A stretch of 64,000 bases of DNA from the NCBI GenBank assembly GCA_965222375.1, contig CBDCTZ010000016.1, forward strand, positions 928,001-992,000, in the 5' to 3' direction. Every line of letters starts with the position of its first letter. Within the stretch, counting starts at the first letter, position 1. Below the pieces are notes generated by a model. The model made no database searches. It saw only the letters and a program-made list of their open reading frames with translations, and was not told where the DNA came from. Below are positions 1-9,803 of this stretch, piece after piece. Source of the stretch: Polyangiaceae bacterium (GTDB taxonomy: Bacteria > Myxococcota_A > Polyangia > Polyangiales > Polyangiaceae). The position numbers and the translations under genes are program-made.

Positions 1-945
1 ATCCGAGCGAAACGGCGGGCCAATCAAGGTCGAATAGTCCAGGAAGAGGTCGTTGATTCGAGGCAACTCCCGCCGCCAAATCACGCTGTACAGCGCCTTC
101 CAGAACATGTCGGTGCCCGCGAGCAAGCGACGGCTCATGTCCGGAAAGTTCACGTGCCCGAGCTTGAACAACTGCAAGTCCAACTCCGGCACCCGCCCAC
201 CGGGGTGGCCCGCTAGAGCCGCCATGAACTCGTCGACGGAATAGCCTGCCGCGAGGATCCCCGAGACGACGGCACCCGCGCTGATCCCGAAGAAGAGGTC
301 GAAGTCGTTCACGCTCACGTTGATGCAGTCGTCGATGCACTTCAGTGCGCCGAGTTCGAAGTAGATCCCCGTGATGCCGCCGCCGGATGCCGCGAGCGCG
401 GTCTTGCCCTCCACCCGCGGCGCAAGCAACTTTGCCAACTGGTCAGCCACGCGTGCTTCGTATTTCGAACGAGGCTCCATTTCAGGATGCTCACGCAAGA
501 TGGTGCCCACGCCCCGAGCGCCGAGATCAGCCACCCAGCCGTCCACCGCCACCGGGTCCTCATCGGCTACCAGCGCCACGATGCGATGGAATGCGTAGCG
601 TGCTTCCACGTCATCCGGGTGGTCCAAGTCGTCGAGCAGGGAAAACCCCTCGGACATGGATTCGCTCGAGCGCCGGTTCTTCGCTCGCAGGTCGAGTATG
701 ACCAGGTCGACGTATTCGCCGCTGATCGCCGTGTGCACGCCGGCGGTGGTCGTGCATACCAGCCAGTCGGGGTCCACGACGCTGGCATGGGTGGCATCGG
801 CGGCGGTGAGCCGCTTCGCTGCCAACACTTCCGACAGCGCACGCTCCAGCGTGTGCTCGGGCTGTCCGGGCGCGTAGTACAGCAGTCGCTTGCGATGCCG
901 CGGTGCTGCGCCGCTAGAGGGTTCCGAGATGGGCACCTGTGTCAT
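1..945 (-). CDS. Patatin-like phospholipase family protein (3' end runs off the window)
   Basis: Manually translated from ATG at 945 (MTQVPISEP...). Contains the Gly-rich oxyanion motif ALAASGGGITGIY and the GxSxG nucleophile motif FFGISAGA. Absent from the ORF track because it is truncated by the window edge. Confidence 0.85.
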   Translation of the reverse strand, partial: MTQVPISEPSSGAAPRHRKRLLYYAPGQPEHTLERALSEVLAAKRLTAADATHASVVDPDWLVCTTTAGVHTAISGEYVDLVILDLRAKNRRSSESMSEGFSLLDDLDHPDDVEARYAFHRIVALVADEDPVAVDGWVADLGARGVGTILREHPEMEPRSKYEARVADQLAKLLAPRVEGKTALAASGGGITGIYFELGALKCIDDCINVSVNDFDLFFGISAGAVVSGILAAGYSVDEFMAALAGHPGGRVPELDLQLFKLGHVNFPDMSRRLLAGTDMFWKALYSVIWRRELPRINDLFLDYSTLIGPPFRSD

Positions 946-1050
946 TGGGGAGTGACCTCAGTGAAAAGGGCCACGCATACGCGTGGATGCTCGAACACCC
1001 TGACTTAGCACAGAAGAACGCGATCTCAGCTAGTGCGATCCGGCCCGCCG

Positions 1051-1130
1051 TCAGGGCGCCGTGGCACTAGGCTTTTCGACCCGCTCGTGGAGATCGAAGT
1101 CTTCTACACCATGAGTCTTCTCATAGCCAT
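1051..1130 (-). repeat. 80-bp imperfect duplicate of the 3' end of the GT-C gene (1849-1928)
   Basis: 73/80 identical by manual alignment; encodes GYEKTHGVEDFDLHERVEKPSATAP* versus GYEKTHSVEDFDLYERVEKPSATAP*. Confidence 0.9.
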
Positions 1131-1160
1131 TTTGGCAACGCCTGTTCTCGCGCGCGCGGG

Positions 1161-1793
1161 CTAGGGGCTAGACGACGGCGCGTCGCGCTGGGATGTCAGG
1201 TCAGGACAGCAAGATTGCTTGCAGGGGCGCACCCGGGAACGGAATTGGAGGCCACGATTCGTGATCGGTCGCACCACGTGCTTTGCCTCGTGGGTACACA
1301 GCAGGACCTCATCGGCGGTCGCTGCGCCGGGGGTGCAGGTTGATTCGGAATAGGTCACCAACGCGTACTCGCAGTCGCCGCATTCCCTTTCGCCGGACTT
1401 ACGCGGCGAGGCATCGGTGCAGCAGTCGGGTTCACAGGCTTGCACCGCTGCCCTCGGCAGGCCCGACCCCGAAGTTGTCAGGTTCGCATTGGCAGGCGTG
1501 CGACTGCAGAGCAGCCCCACCTCGTTCGCGTCGATGCCGCTGCAGGCTTGCCCGTACTGGACCCGTCGGAACGCGCACCCCGCGCACTGGTTTGGACCGG
1601 AAGTCGCCTGGAAACTCGACACGCCAGGTTGCGTGGGGCTTGGCCTGGCCGGCGAGGAGGCCGCAGTTTGCCAACCGTTTGTCGTGGGAGCAGCCCTGCC
1701 TTGCTGCTGAGCGGGACGCGCGCTGGGTTGTGCAGCACACGCCCACACGCCGATGAGTGACAGTCCCAGCAAAGCGTTCACTCGTCTCGTCAT
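1161..1793 (-). CDS. Cys-rich putative lipoprotein
   Basis: MTRRVNALLGLSLIGVWAC lipobox-like N-terminus; two similar Cys-rich modules (CxxC...EVxLxC...C..CC). Confidence 0.6.
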   Translation of the reverse strand: MTRRVNALLGLSLIGVWACAAQPSARPAQQQGRAAPTTNGWQTAASSPARPSPTQPGVSSFQATSGPNQCAGCAFRRVQYGQACSGIDANEVGLLCSRTPANANLTTSGSGLPRAAVQACEPDCCTDASPRKSGERECGDCEYALVTYSESTCTPGAATADEVLLCTHEAKHVVRPITNRGLQFRSRVRPCKQSCCPDLTSQRDAPSSSP

Positions 1794-1848
1794 TGGGCGG
1801 ACTCCACGAGGGACAATAACCCAGCCACGTTCGCGAGTCGCCTGACGA

Positions 1849-3510
1849 CTACGGCGCCGTGGCACTAGGCTTTTCGACCCGCTCGTAGAGATCGAAGTCT
1901 TCGACGCTATGAGTCTTCTCATAGCCATCTCGAATGAAGCTCTCGAGTTCCGGGAACGTGGCTATTGCCTCTGCCGAATCGAATTTGTCCCCGGTGACCC
2001 ACGAAAACCGGTCGCCATGCTGCACGACCACGAGCTGCGGCGGATCCGAATTCAGATCGTTCATCAACTCCTTGCGAGCGCGGTCGCGATCCCAACGCAC
2101 TCGTTGCGCCACATCGTAGATGTAGCGAGACGACGCGCGTCGCTCCGAGAGCCAATACAAGCCTGGCTCGAAGCCCCAAACGTAGATCGGCGCCCCTTCC
2201 GGAACCCGCTGTCGGATCTCCGTCGCTGCCGCACGATTTGCGTCCAAATTGTAGTCGGCAACCTTGTACAGCTCTCGATCCAACAGCTCCCGGGAGTGCA
2301 GGTTGGAAAGCCCGACCAGGTAGCTCGTCCGCAAGATGGCCCGATCCCAGAACGACCCGAGATCCCGCACCGCGATGCGCATGCTCGTCGCCACGACCAC
2401 GAAGGCCGCAAACGCCAATACGCCGCCGGCGCCCCCCGCCAAGCAGCGTCGCCACAGCTTGTAGAGGCCCAAGCCACCGATGAAGGCGATCAGCGGCAGG
2501 GTGGCTGCGTAGTGGTATTGGAAGAACTTCCCCTGCATGGCGATGCCAGCGATGTGCACGCTGATCACGCCCAGGATCAGAAAAATCCCCTCTCGCTCCC
2601 GAGTGTGGGCCGGCCGAATGACGATCGCCGCGATGCACCCAAAGGCGGCTAGCGCAGAAAAGCGAAAGAACGCCTCTTCCAACCCCCAATAGAACATCTC
2701 CGCTGCGCCGCGCCCGGTCCAACCCAATTGCGTGTAGCCCGGGGTGAACTCGAACAAAGTCCACGACAGCGCCGGCCACGCTCCCTTGGCGTAGAACCAC
2801 GCCGCACACGCCAAGATCGGAATGAAGCTAGCAAAGCCCACCGCCGAAAACGGAATCAAACCCCGATGCACCTTCCCACCGCGCTGCACTTCCGCTCGCG
2901 CCAAATACACCGCACATACGATGGCGCCGCCGCCCAGTGGTGGCTTCAACAAGAACGCCGCCCCAAACAGCATGCCGACGCCAATCCACTGCAGGTAGCG
3001 AAAGCGCCGCTCGAAGCTGCTCACCGTCAGCAGCAGCGCCGCAACCGTGAGCATCCCGCCGAAGGTCTCCGGCTGCCCCGTATGCCAGAATTCCAGCTGG
3101 GCATGGATCAGCGCGCCTACCGCGCCTCCGATCAGTCCGATGCGCCGATGCCCAAAGAAGATCAGAGCCAGCCTGCGGAACGCAAAGATCGTCGCGACCA
3201 GCCCAATCACCTCCAGCAACCGCGGCGCCAGCATCGTCTTGCCAAACACCGCCTGCGCCAGCGCATAGATCAGAAAGATGCCCGGCGGCTTGAAGTCCCA
3301 GACGTCGCGATAGGGCATCTGCCCCCGCACGATCCCATCCGCAACCGCCGCATAGATGCTCTGGTCCCGCCCAAAGGAAAACAACAACACCTGCGCCGCC
3401 GACAGCACGATGACCGTCCAACAAATCCCACTGAGCCAAGCATCGGGATCGATGTTGCGCTCATTCGGCATCACATCTGCCGCAGGAGGCGGAACCGACG
3501 TACTCGGCAT
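1849..3510 (-). CDS. GT-C fold (ArnT/PMT-like) membrane glycosyltransferase
   Basis: RDQSIY...PYRDVWDFKPPG first-loop motif, many TM helices, periplasmic C-terminal domain. Confidence 0.8.
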   Translation of the reverse strand: MPSTSVPPPAADVMPNERNIDPDAWLSGICWTVIVLSAAQVLLFSFGRDQSIYAAVADGIVRGQMPYRDVWDFKPPGIFLIYALAQAVFGKTMLAPRLLEVIGLVATIFAFRRLALIFFGHRRIGLIGGAVGALIHAQLEFWHTGQPETFGGMLTVAALLLTVSSFERRFRYLQWIGVGMLFGAAFLLKPPLGGGAIVCAVYLARAEVQRGGKVHRGLIPFSAVGFASFIPILACAAWFYAKGAWPALSWTLFEFTPGYTQLGWTGRGAAEMFYWGLEEAFFRFSALAAFGCIAAIVIRPAHTREREGIFLILGVISVHIAGIAMQGKFFQYHYAATLPLIAFIGGLGLYKLWRRCLAGGAGGVLAFAAFVVVATSMRIAVRDLGSFWDRAILRTSYLVGLSNLHSRELLDRELYKVADYNLDANRAAATEIRQRVPEGAPIYVWGFEPGLYWLSERRASSRYIYDVAQRVRWDRDRARKELMNDLNSDPPQLVVVQHGDRFSWVTGDKFDSAEAIATFPELESFIRDGYEKTHSVEDFDLYERVEKPSATAP

Positions 3511-3660
3511 ACGCCGCGCACGGTAGCGCGCCTTGTCCGAAAGCGAAAAGGGTGTGCCCTGCCGGCTGAAAACGAGGCCTGTCCAGTCAGAGCAGCGCCA
3601 TACAGCCCGTCCGCACTCTGTTCAGCAACCCTGGGATGCGTCGCAGCTTCCGGAGCATGA

Positions 3661-3790
3661 GAAGGATGGGTTGCCCCCACTCGCCTCGGCGGCGCCCGCC
3701 CTCAACAACCGCGGAAACGTCGCGCATCGAGATCGCGCCGCCTCGTCGGTCTCCCCCAAGCCTGCCCCTCCGGGGCAGGCGGAGGAGACG
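3661..3790. repeat. Structured intergenic repeat, copy A (REP/MITE-like)
   Basis: Shares a 38-bp identical block and a 3' hairpin block with 5269-5396. Confidence 0.8.
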
Positions 3791-3842
3791 GGTGGCGTCG
3801 TTGGGCGATTAGTTTCCAGGGGAGCGCCTCCGAGGCGCGGGT

Positions 3843-4595
3843 TCAGGTGGCCGACAGGCCGCGGCGGCGACGATCTCGGAGATACAGCCCAAACAAGCCC
3901 AGCAGCACAACGCCGCTCAGAAGCCCACCGGCCACGACGACGCGATTGTCAGTTCCCGCATGGTCGGTTTCTTCCTCAGATTCGAGCTCCGCGTGCGCGA
4001 AGTCCGAGAGCTCGACTGCACCATCTGCTGCGTCCACCAGATACTCCAGAGTGCCGTCCTTCCCCTCGGTGACGCGCACACGACGAGGTCGCGCATTTCG
4101 GTCCAGTACAAAGAGACGCTGGTGCTCGCTTGGAGGTGTGAGCCTGCTCGGCTCCTTGGCGGCGGAGAGATCAGCGTATACGTCGAGCTTGGGAGTCTCG
4201 GGCGTGGCCATCTTCCCGAGCGCCGGCCCAAGCTCCCCCGGAGCGTGGACTGCCTGCTCGCCACTCCGCGAAACCACGCGGAATGCACCGTCGGGTTCAC
4301 GCGCAAGATACGCAGCCACGCGACCTGCATCGTCCGGGACGAGCTTGAACAACGTTGCCGATCGCTCAGCCGCCAACGCAGTGCCGCCCGCAACCAGCGC
4401 GCCAGCCTTTGTTGCCTTGCCCGCCGCAGACGCGCCCTTGGCCGCCTTGCCAGCCTTGCCAGCAGCCTTGGCCGCCTTGGCGATGGCACCGAGAATTCCC
4501 GCGTCAGCTGGGGAGGTCCAGAGCGACAACGCGACCAAGCAGCCCGCGAGCAGCGAAAGTCGTGCGGTCCTTCCAGCGATCCAGTTGCGATTCAT
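3843..4595 (-). CDS. Hypothetical secreted or membrane-anchored protein
   Basis: Signal peptide (...ADA), Ala/Lys/Gly-rich segment, C-terminal TM followed by RRRR. Confidence 0.65.
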   Translation of the reverse strand: MNRNWIAGRTARLSLLAGCLVALSLWTSPADAGILGAIAKAAKAAGKAGKAAKGASAAGKATKAGALVAGGTALAAERSATLFKLVPDDAGRVAAYLAREPDGAFRVVSRSGEQAVHAPGELGPALGKMATPETPKLDVYADLSAAKEPSRLTPPSEHQRLFVLDRNARPRRVRVTEGKDGTLEYLVDAADGAVELSDFAHAELESEEETDHAGTDNRVVVAGGLLSGVVLLGLFGLYLRDRRRRGLSAT

Positions 4596-4762
4596 CCCGG
4601 CGCCGGTAGTACGTCGGATCGCCACCAAGGCTTCCTCCCGGACAAACGGTGCTGGTCGCTGGCACAGGTGGCACACCGCGGACCCAGGCGAAAAACCAAT
4701 ATTCATAGGTTACGTAACGGCATGCGTGTTGCTTAGAGCACTTTCGCTCGCGAGGTTTCTCA

Positions 4763-5218
4763 ATGCGAAACATGACGCTTATTGGATTGACCGTGGTTTT
4801 GTGCGCCTGCTCGTCAGACGGCAGTAGCAGCGGAGGAAGTGGGGGCGCCGCAGGAGGCGTCACTGGAGGTGCTGGTGGCAGCGGGGGAGCTGGCACCGGG
4901 GGCGTGGGAGCCACTGACGGAGGCGCCGGAGCTGGGTCCGGCGGCGTCGCCGGAGCAGGTGCGGGGGGTAACGCTGGCGCAACCGGGGGCAGTTCGGGAA
5001 GCGCCGGAAGCGGAGGAGCGACGCCAGGCGCGAAATGCGCAACGTGCTCAGCGCCCAGCGAGTGTGATGCCCCGCTCGATTGCGACCCGAAGAGCAAGAT
5101 CTGCAAGCACCCCTATGACATTGCAGCGGGGATCCCCGTCTGCGACGCAGACTGCAAGGCCTCCGATGCCTGCAAGAACGAAGGCAAGTGCACATTCTCA
5201 AACGGTTCGTGCGTATAA
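4763..5218 (+). CDS. Gly-rich lipoprotein with Cys-rich C-terminal domain
   Basis: LCAC lipobox, Gly/Ser linker, multiple Cys. Confidence 0.75.
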   Translation: MRNMTLIGLTVVLCACSSDGSSSGGSGGAAGGVTGGAGGSGGAGTGGVGATDGGAGAGSGGVAGAGAGGNAGATGGSSGSAGSGGATPGAKCATCSAPSECDAPLDCDPKSKICKHPYDIAAGIPVCDADCKASDACKNEGKCTFSNGSCV

Positions 5219-5268
5219 GCCGCCTGCAAGCTCAGTGTGACCCGCCCGCATTCTCGAGCTCTCCATGC

Positions 5269-5396
5269 GAAGGATGGGTTGCCCCCACTCGCCTCGGCGG
5301 CGCCCGTGCTGAGGCACCTAGCTACGTCACGTGCTCTCAGACGCGCCACCTCGTCGGTCTCCCCCAAACCTGCGCTTCGCGCAGGCGGGGGAGACG
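5269..5396. repeat. Structured intergenic repeat, copy B
   Basis: Direct repeat of 3661-3790 with a covarying hairpin. Confidence 0.8.
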
Positions 5397-5597
5397 TTTC
5401 GCGTCAGGTTGCGGCGCCGCAACCGAACAGCCTCGCGGGTGGGCAATGCCAGTGTCCCCGTTGGGATGCCCGCAGGTTGCGCTAGAAGGGCGAAATGGGT
5501 GAGCAGAAGAAGCCGAAGCTGACGGCAGCAGAGCAGTTCTTGGCGTAGTTCGAAAACGCTCTGCACAAAGCTGCATCGCGTAACTACGTCGCGCCAC

Positions 5598-6176
5598 CTA
5601 GAAGTCCGCGATAACGCTGAGCCCCAACCTGTCGGCACCGGTAGAGTGAGGAACAACCCGAACACTCTGGCGTTCGGGATGTGCTGCCACCGGTTCAGTG
5701 TTCGCTAGTCCAATGCTGGCCATCGCGACGCCGGTACCCTGGATGACACTATCCAGCAGCAACAGCACCCAGACACCCGCTGGAGGGTCAGTGGAACAAG
5801 ATGAGTTCCCTCTGTTGTCACATCCGACGCCGCGGATAGCAAGCAGGGGGCCGAAAATGGGCACGTACAACGCCCGCGGTTCCATGCCCCGAGTCGGCGC
5901 CTCTCGAAGCGCGGCGAACCCCACACCAGCAAGGTACGGAACACCAAACATCCCGCTACCGACGAGCACCTTGGAAGTGTCAGGACGGTGTTCCATCTCC
6001 GCCGAGGGAGATTCGCGCTTCGCGGGCGTCGAGCGCATGCCTAAACTCTGCGCCCGCGCACCACCCGCTACGAGAACGACTGCAAGCGCCCCCAACACAC
6101 CGCGAATTCCAAGTCGACTCACTCGGCCGACAAACCGCGAGCCCAGCGTGCCGCCAAGAATCCGCACCGCGTGCAT
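5598..6176 (-). CDS. Hypothetical membrane protein
   Basis: Signal-like N-terminus, hydrophobic segments (LYVPIFGP), C-terminal Phe. Confidence 0.6.
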   Translation of the reverse strand: MHAVRILGGTLGSRFVGRVSRLGIRGVLGALAVVLVAGGARAQSLGMRSTPAKRESPSAEMEHRPDTSKVLVGSGMFGVPYLAGVGFAALREAPTRGMEPRALYVPIFGPLLAIRGVGCDNRGNSSCSTDPPAGVWVLLLLDSVIQGTGVAMASIGLANTEPVAAHPERQSVRVVPHSTGADRLGLSVIADF

Positions 6177-6253
6177 CTTCGATCGTAGCACGCAGGATGC
6201 GTGGGGCCGCCCGACGCACTGCATTCCCGCCAACGCCTGAGTGGTATAGTGGC

Positions 6254-6724
6254 TCAGCCATCGATCGACGCGCCGGCCACCTTGCCCTTCTCGACGTATA
6301 CAGACACCACATGGTCATCGCCGGCATCTTGCCAGTCGAAAGTGTACGAAAGAACTATAGTCTCCGCGCTGTCGACTCCAATGCTGTGGAGTCTCGCAGT
6401 ACTCCAAATGGCTTCCTTGTCCTCCAACGTCCCGCCGCCTTCAGAGTGATAGTTCTCGTACAGGTCGAAGAGGCAGCTCGCTAGTTGGGGCTTCAGCTCC
6501 CGCAAGAGTTCTGCGAATCGCGCGCACAGAGCGGCGCGCTCTGATTCAGACGAGGGTACCGCCTGTTCACCGCTCTCAAGGCAGGGTCGGCCGATTTCCA
6601 AACCTGTCTCGGCGGCAACCCAGCCGTAGTCGGCATGGCGCCGAACGCTGCCTAGTATCGGGTGTTGAATCGCCGCATCAGATGCTGCGCTTGGTCGGCC
6701 AAAGAGCTTGCTGAGGATGCCCAT
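6254..6724 (-). CDS. Hypothetical protein, immunity-protein-like (DUF2004/DUF6985-like)
   Basis: MGILSKLFG start, HPILG motif and C-terminal ...ASIDG, typical of small acidic immunity-type proteins (recall). Confidence 0.55.
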   Translation of the reverse strand: MGILSKLFGRPSAASDAAIQHPILGSVRRHADYGWVAAETGLEIGRPCLESGEQAVPSSESERAALCARFAELLRELKPQLASCLFDLYENYHSEGGGTLEDKEAIWSTARLHSIGVDSAETIVLSYTFDWQDAGDDHVVSVYVEKGKVAGASIDG

Positions 6725-6880
6725 CGTAGCGCTGCTCACTCGCGTACCGTTTGTGCAGCCGAGCAGCAAGTGCCTGCGTGTCCGGGTAGGGTCGACTGGT
6801 TCCTTGAAACAGCCATGACGTCGCTCACCTGATCGGGCTGGCTTGGGGCGTGCCCCCCGATGCGGTGCTACGCTTGAGCC

Positions 6881-7489
6881 ATGTCGCGGTCGTCCTCAGT
6901 GGTCATCGCGTCGCTTTCGCTTACTTTAATGTTGGGTTGTTCAGGGGCAACGGAGTGCCCCGACGGCAATTGCACGGCTTCAGGTGGCTCGGGCGGCGTT
7001 GGTTCAGGTGGTGTTAGTTCGGGCGGTGCCGGAGGCTCTGGCGGAAGTGTGACATCGTCGCCGAGCGGGCCGCACCCAAGCGTGTCGGAGGCGAAAGCAC
7101 GATGCGCCGAACCGGGCGTGGTGGCGGACGTGTTTGGTATGAAGAATGTTGAAGCCTGGCTGGTGCACCAGTGGTACTTCTGCACCGGCCAGTACATGTT
7201 CCAGGAGCCCCACGACGGCGTAGAAATCGCCGCCGACGGCAAGTGGTACTTCCTCGACCACGTAGGCGACAAACTCGTGCGCCGCCAAGGCTTCTCCGGC
7301 GGCGGCGACTGGAGCATGTACGACACGTCAGGCGTGAATGGTCCGGGTCCACTCTCCGTGCAGGTCAACCTTGATCGCTGGCAAGGCGGTGGCCTCGGCG
7401 GCTTCCCCCGCTTCGCCACGTCCCCGCTCAAGGTGAACCTGAACTTCGGCGGCGCGGGTCCCGCGGAGTACATCGCCGTGGCGCCTTGA
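6881..7489 (+). CDS. Gly-rich lipoprotein
   Basis: MLGC lipobox and Gly/Ser linker. Confidence 0.7.
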   Translation: MSRSSSVVIASLSLTLMLGCSGATECPDGNCTASGGSGGVGSGGVSSGGAGGSGGSVTSSPSGPHPSVSEAKARCAEPGVVADVFGMKNVEAWLVHQWYFCTGQYMFQEPHDGVEIAADGKWYFLDHVGDKLVRRQGFSGGGDWSMYDTSGVNGPGPLSVQVNLDRWQGGGLGGFPRFATSPLKVNLNFGGAGPAEYIAVAP

Positions 7490-7521
7490 TGGCGGGCGCT
7501 CGGCTCATGGTGCGAGCGCGA

Positions 7522-7941
7522 CTAGACGCAATTCCAGAGGTACATGTCCTTGGATTCGGACTGCGCGAGCTTCGCCAGGCGTCGAAGGTCCTCGAGCAAG
7601 GGCAGCATCTCGTCCCCTGAACACTGGATCTCTTCCGTCGCGCCCCACAGGCTCGCCACGGACTTCAGCTCGCCGTCCGAAGCTCCCCGCAGCCGCTCCA
7701 CGAGGTCAGGCAGCAAGCGCGTAGTGAGCTGTTCGCCGCCGTCCACAACGTTGATGGCCTCGAACTCGTATAATGTGTGGTCGTCAACCTGCTTGCCCTG
7801 CAGAATGTGATACAGCGTTCCCAACTCGAGTTCAGTGAGCCGTTTGTACTGCGCACGATGCGACTCGGGGAACGTCGCGATGCCGTCATAGGCCATAGCT
7901 TCTTCTTCAGTGGCGACGATGAAATCCGCTAGTACGCCCAT
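7522..7941 (-). CDS. Hypothetical protein (YfbM/DUF1877-like)
   Basis: MGVLADF start and C-terminal LRRLAKLA...MYLW pattern. Confidence 0.6.
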   Translation of the reverse strand: MGVLADFIVATEEEAMAYDGIATFPESHRAQYKRLTELELGTLYHILQGKQVDDHTLYEFEAINVVDGGEQLTTRLLPDLVERLRGASDGELKSVASLWGATEEIQCSGDEMLPLLEDLRRLAKLAQSESKDMYLWNCV

Positions 7942-8058
7942 CTCACACTCCTTGATCCTGCGTAGCACGAGTGCCTACTCGCGATCGAGGTTCTGCCGTG
8001 CAGCGAGGCGAGTCGTCCGCTCGGCGAAGAATTCCGTGAGTGGTTGAGCGCTGGCGGA

Positions 8059-9072
8059 CTAGAAGCCCTCGAGCACGATCTTGCCGCGCGTTGAGCCGCT
8101 CTCGATCTTGGCGTGGGCTTTGCGCAGAGTCGCGGCGTCGATCTTGCCGGCGATTTCGGTTGCGGTGGAGCGGATGCGGCCGGCATCGACTAGTGCGGCG
8201 ACTTTGTTCAGGAGCTTGCCCTGTTCTGCCAGATCTGGTGTGCCGAAGACTGGACGCGTGAACATCAATTCCCAGTGAAGGGACACGGCCTTGAGCTTCA
8301 GGGGCATGGCGTTGAGCTCAGGCGGATCGTTGATCAGACCAAATCGGCCCTGGGGCGCGATCAGTTTACCCACGTTTTCGTAGTGCAAGTCGGTCTTGGT
8401 CGTCGAGAACACGAAACCCGGAGCACCCAGACCCAATGCCTCGACCTGGGGTGCCAAAGGCTTGCGGTGGTCAATCACGTGCTGGGCTCCACACTCCTTC
8501 ACCCACTGCTGGGTCTCAAGTTGCGCGGCGGTCGCGATCACCGTCAGCTCGGTCAGCGCTCGCAGCAGCTGGATCGTGATCGAACCCACGCCGCCAGCGC
8601 CACCGATGACCAGAATGACGTCTCCTCCCTGCGCAGTCGGGCGTTTGACATCGAGGCGGTCGAACAGCATCTCCCAGGCCGTGATTGCCGTCAGCGGCAG
8701 CGCCGCGGCCTGTGCATCGCTTAGGCCCGTGGGTTTGCGGCCAACGATGCGCTCATCGACGAGGTGGTACTCGCTGTTCGTACCTGGCCGCGCGATCGAA
8801 CCCGCATAGAAGACTGCATCGCCCGGTTTGAAGTTCTCGACGTCCGATCCCACACTGTCGACGACGCCCGAAGCGTCAAACCCCAGCACGCGCCACTCGC
8901 TGCCTTCGGGCGCCCGCGCGCTACGCAGCTTCGCGTCCACCGGGTTCATCGACACGGCATTGATCTTGACGAGCAGATCGCGCCCCTCGGCCTTGGGCTT
9001 GTCCAAGGTGATGTCTTGCAACGCGTCCTCCCGATCGATCGGACCAGGCGCCTTGTAAGCGACGGCTTTCAC
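8059..9072 (-). CDS. Zinc-binding alcohol dehydrogenase / quinone oxidoreductase family protein
   Basis: SMNPVD, LGFDASG, AAALPLTAITAWEML, GGAGGVG Rossmann motif, GKIVL C-terminus. Confidence 0.92.
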   Translation of the reverse strand: MKAVAYKAPGPIDREDALQDITLDKPKAEGRDLLVKINAVSMNPVDAKLRSARAPEGSEWRVLGFDASGVVDSVGSDVENFKPGDAVFYAGSIARPGTNSEYHLVDERIVGRKPTGLSDAQAAALPLTAITAWEMLFDRLDVKRPTAQGGDVILVIGGAGGVGSITIQLLRALTELTVIATAAQLETQQWVKECGAQHVIDHRKPLAPQVEALGLGAPGFVFSTTKTDLHYENVGKLIAPQGRFGLINDPPELNAMPLKLKAVSLHWELMFTRPVFGTPDLAEQGKLLNKVAALVDAGRIRSTATEIAGKIDAATLRKAHAKIESGSTRGKIVLEGF

Positions 9073-9221
9073 AGTTCACCTCCGGCGGTGTTGAAGTCAC
9101 AAAGAGCCAACGCGGTGCGTGTAACACGCAAACCGCTACGTGCCAGAGGGGCACCGTGACGTCGCTCACTTGGTAGGCGACGACCTAGTGCGTCGCCAGG
9201 GCTTATCCAGCGGTTCGAAGC

Positions 9222-9803
9222 TCAGCTTTCCGTCAAACCGGCCATCGACCTTGCCTGGGCCCACTCTGCTTTCAGTGTGAGCGCCGCGACCCAACGATCG
9301 ATGTAGGCTTGATCGAGGTCGTCGCCCTGCGTCCGCAGGATCCCCGCCACGTCGTTGAGCTGTCTATCCGACTCAGCCAGCTTCGCCCACTCGAGTTTCG
9401 ACAGGACGACGTCCTCGGCAGACGCGACATACACCGTCGTGCCCAACAGATCTGCCTCACGACGGCGCTCGAACTCCTCGAGACTGAATGGGCGGGACTT
9501 TCGAATGATGAAGTCGATCTTCCAGCCCGACGTTTGATCGATCACGTTGAACAGGCTCTCAGAGCCAAGGGCTTGTAGCGCTGCCTCCTGACTCACGTAG
9601 TACTCCTCCTCCGGAAACTGGAGCAGGAGCTTCCTGAGAGAACCCAAGGTGGGCGCGATCACCACATCCACGTCTTGAGTCGTGCGTGGCGCGCCGTGGA
9701 GAGCGCTTGCGAACGAGCCCGTCACCATGTACGGCACGCCGGCTGCCTCTAGTGCGCGCTGCACGCGCCGGATCGCGCCTTCAGCGCCGTAGTCGGACGC
9801 CAT
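9222..9803 (-). CDS. Nucleotidyltransferase (MenT1/AbiEii-like), putative toxin
   Basis: Pol-beta-type motif TGSFAS...PRTTQDVDVV; later ASAEDVVLSKL and DRQLNDV. Confidence 0.75.
   Translation of the reverse strand: MASDYGAEGAIRRVQRALEAAGVPYMVTGSFASALHGAPRTTQDVDVVIAPTLGSLRKLLLQFPEEEYYVSQEAALQALGSESLFNVIDQTSGWKIDFIIRKSRPFSLEEFERRREADLLGTTVYVASAEDVVLSKLEWAKLAESDRQLNDVAGILRTQGDDLDQAYIDRWVAALTLKAEWAQARSMAGLTES

Noticed and set aside
5495..5605. Short remnant MGEQKKPKLTAAEQFLA*FENALHKAASRNYV, reminiscent of a KaiB-like N-terminus
   Set aside because: Too short and interrupted by a stop to support a call.
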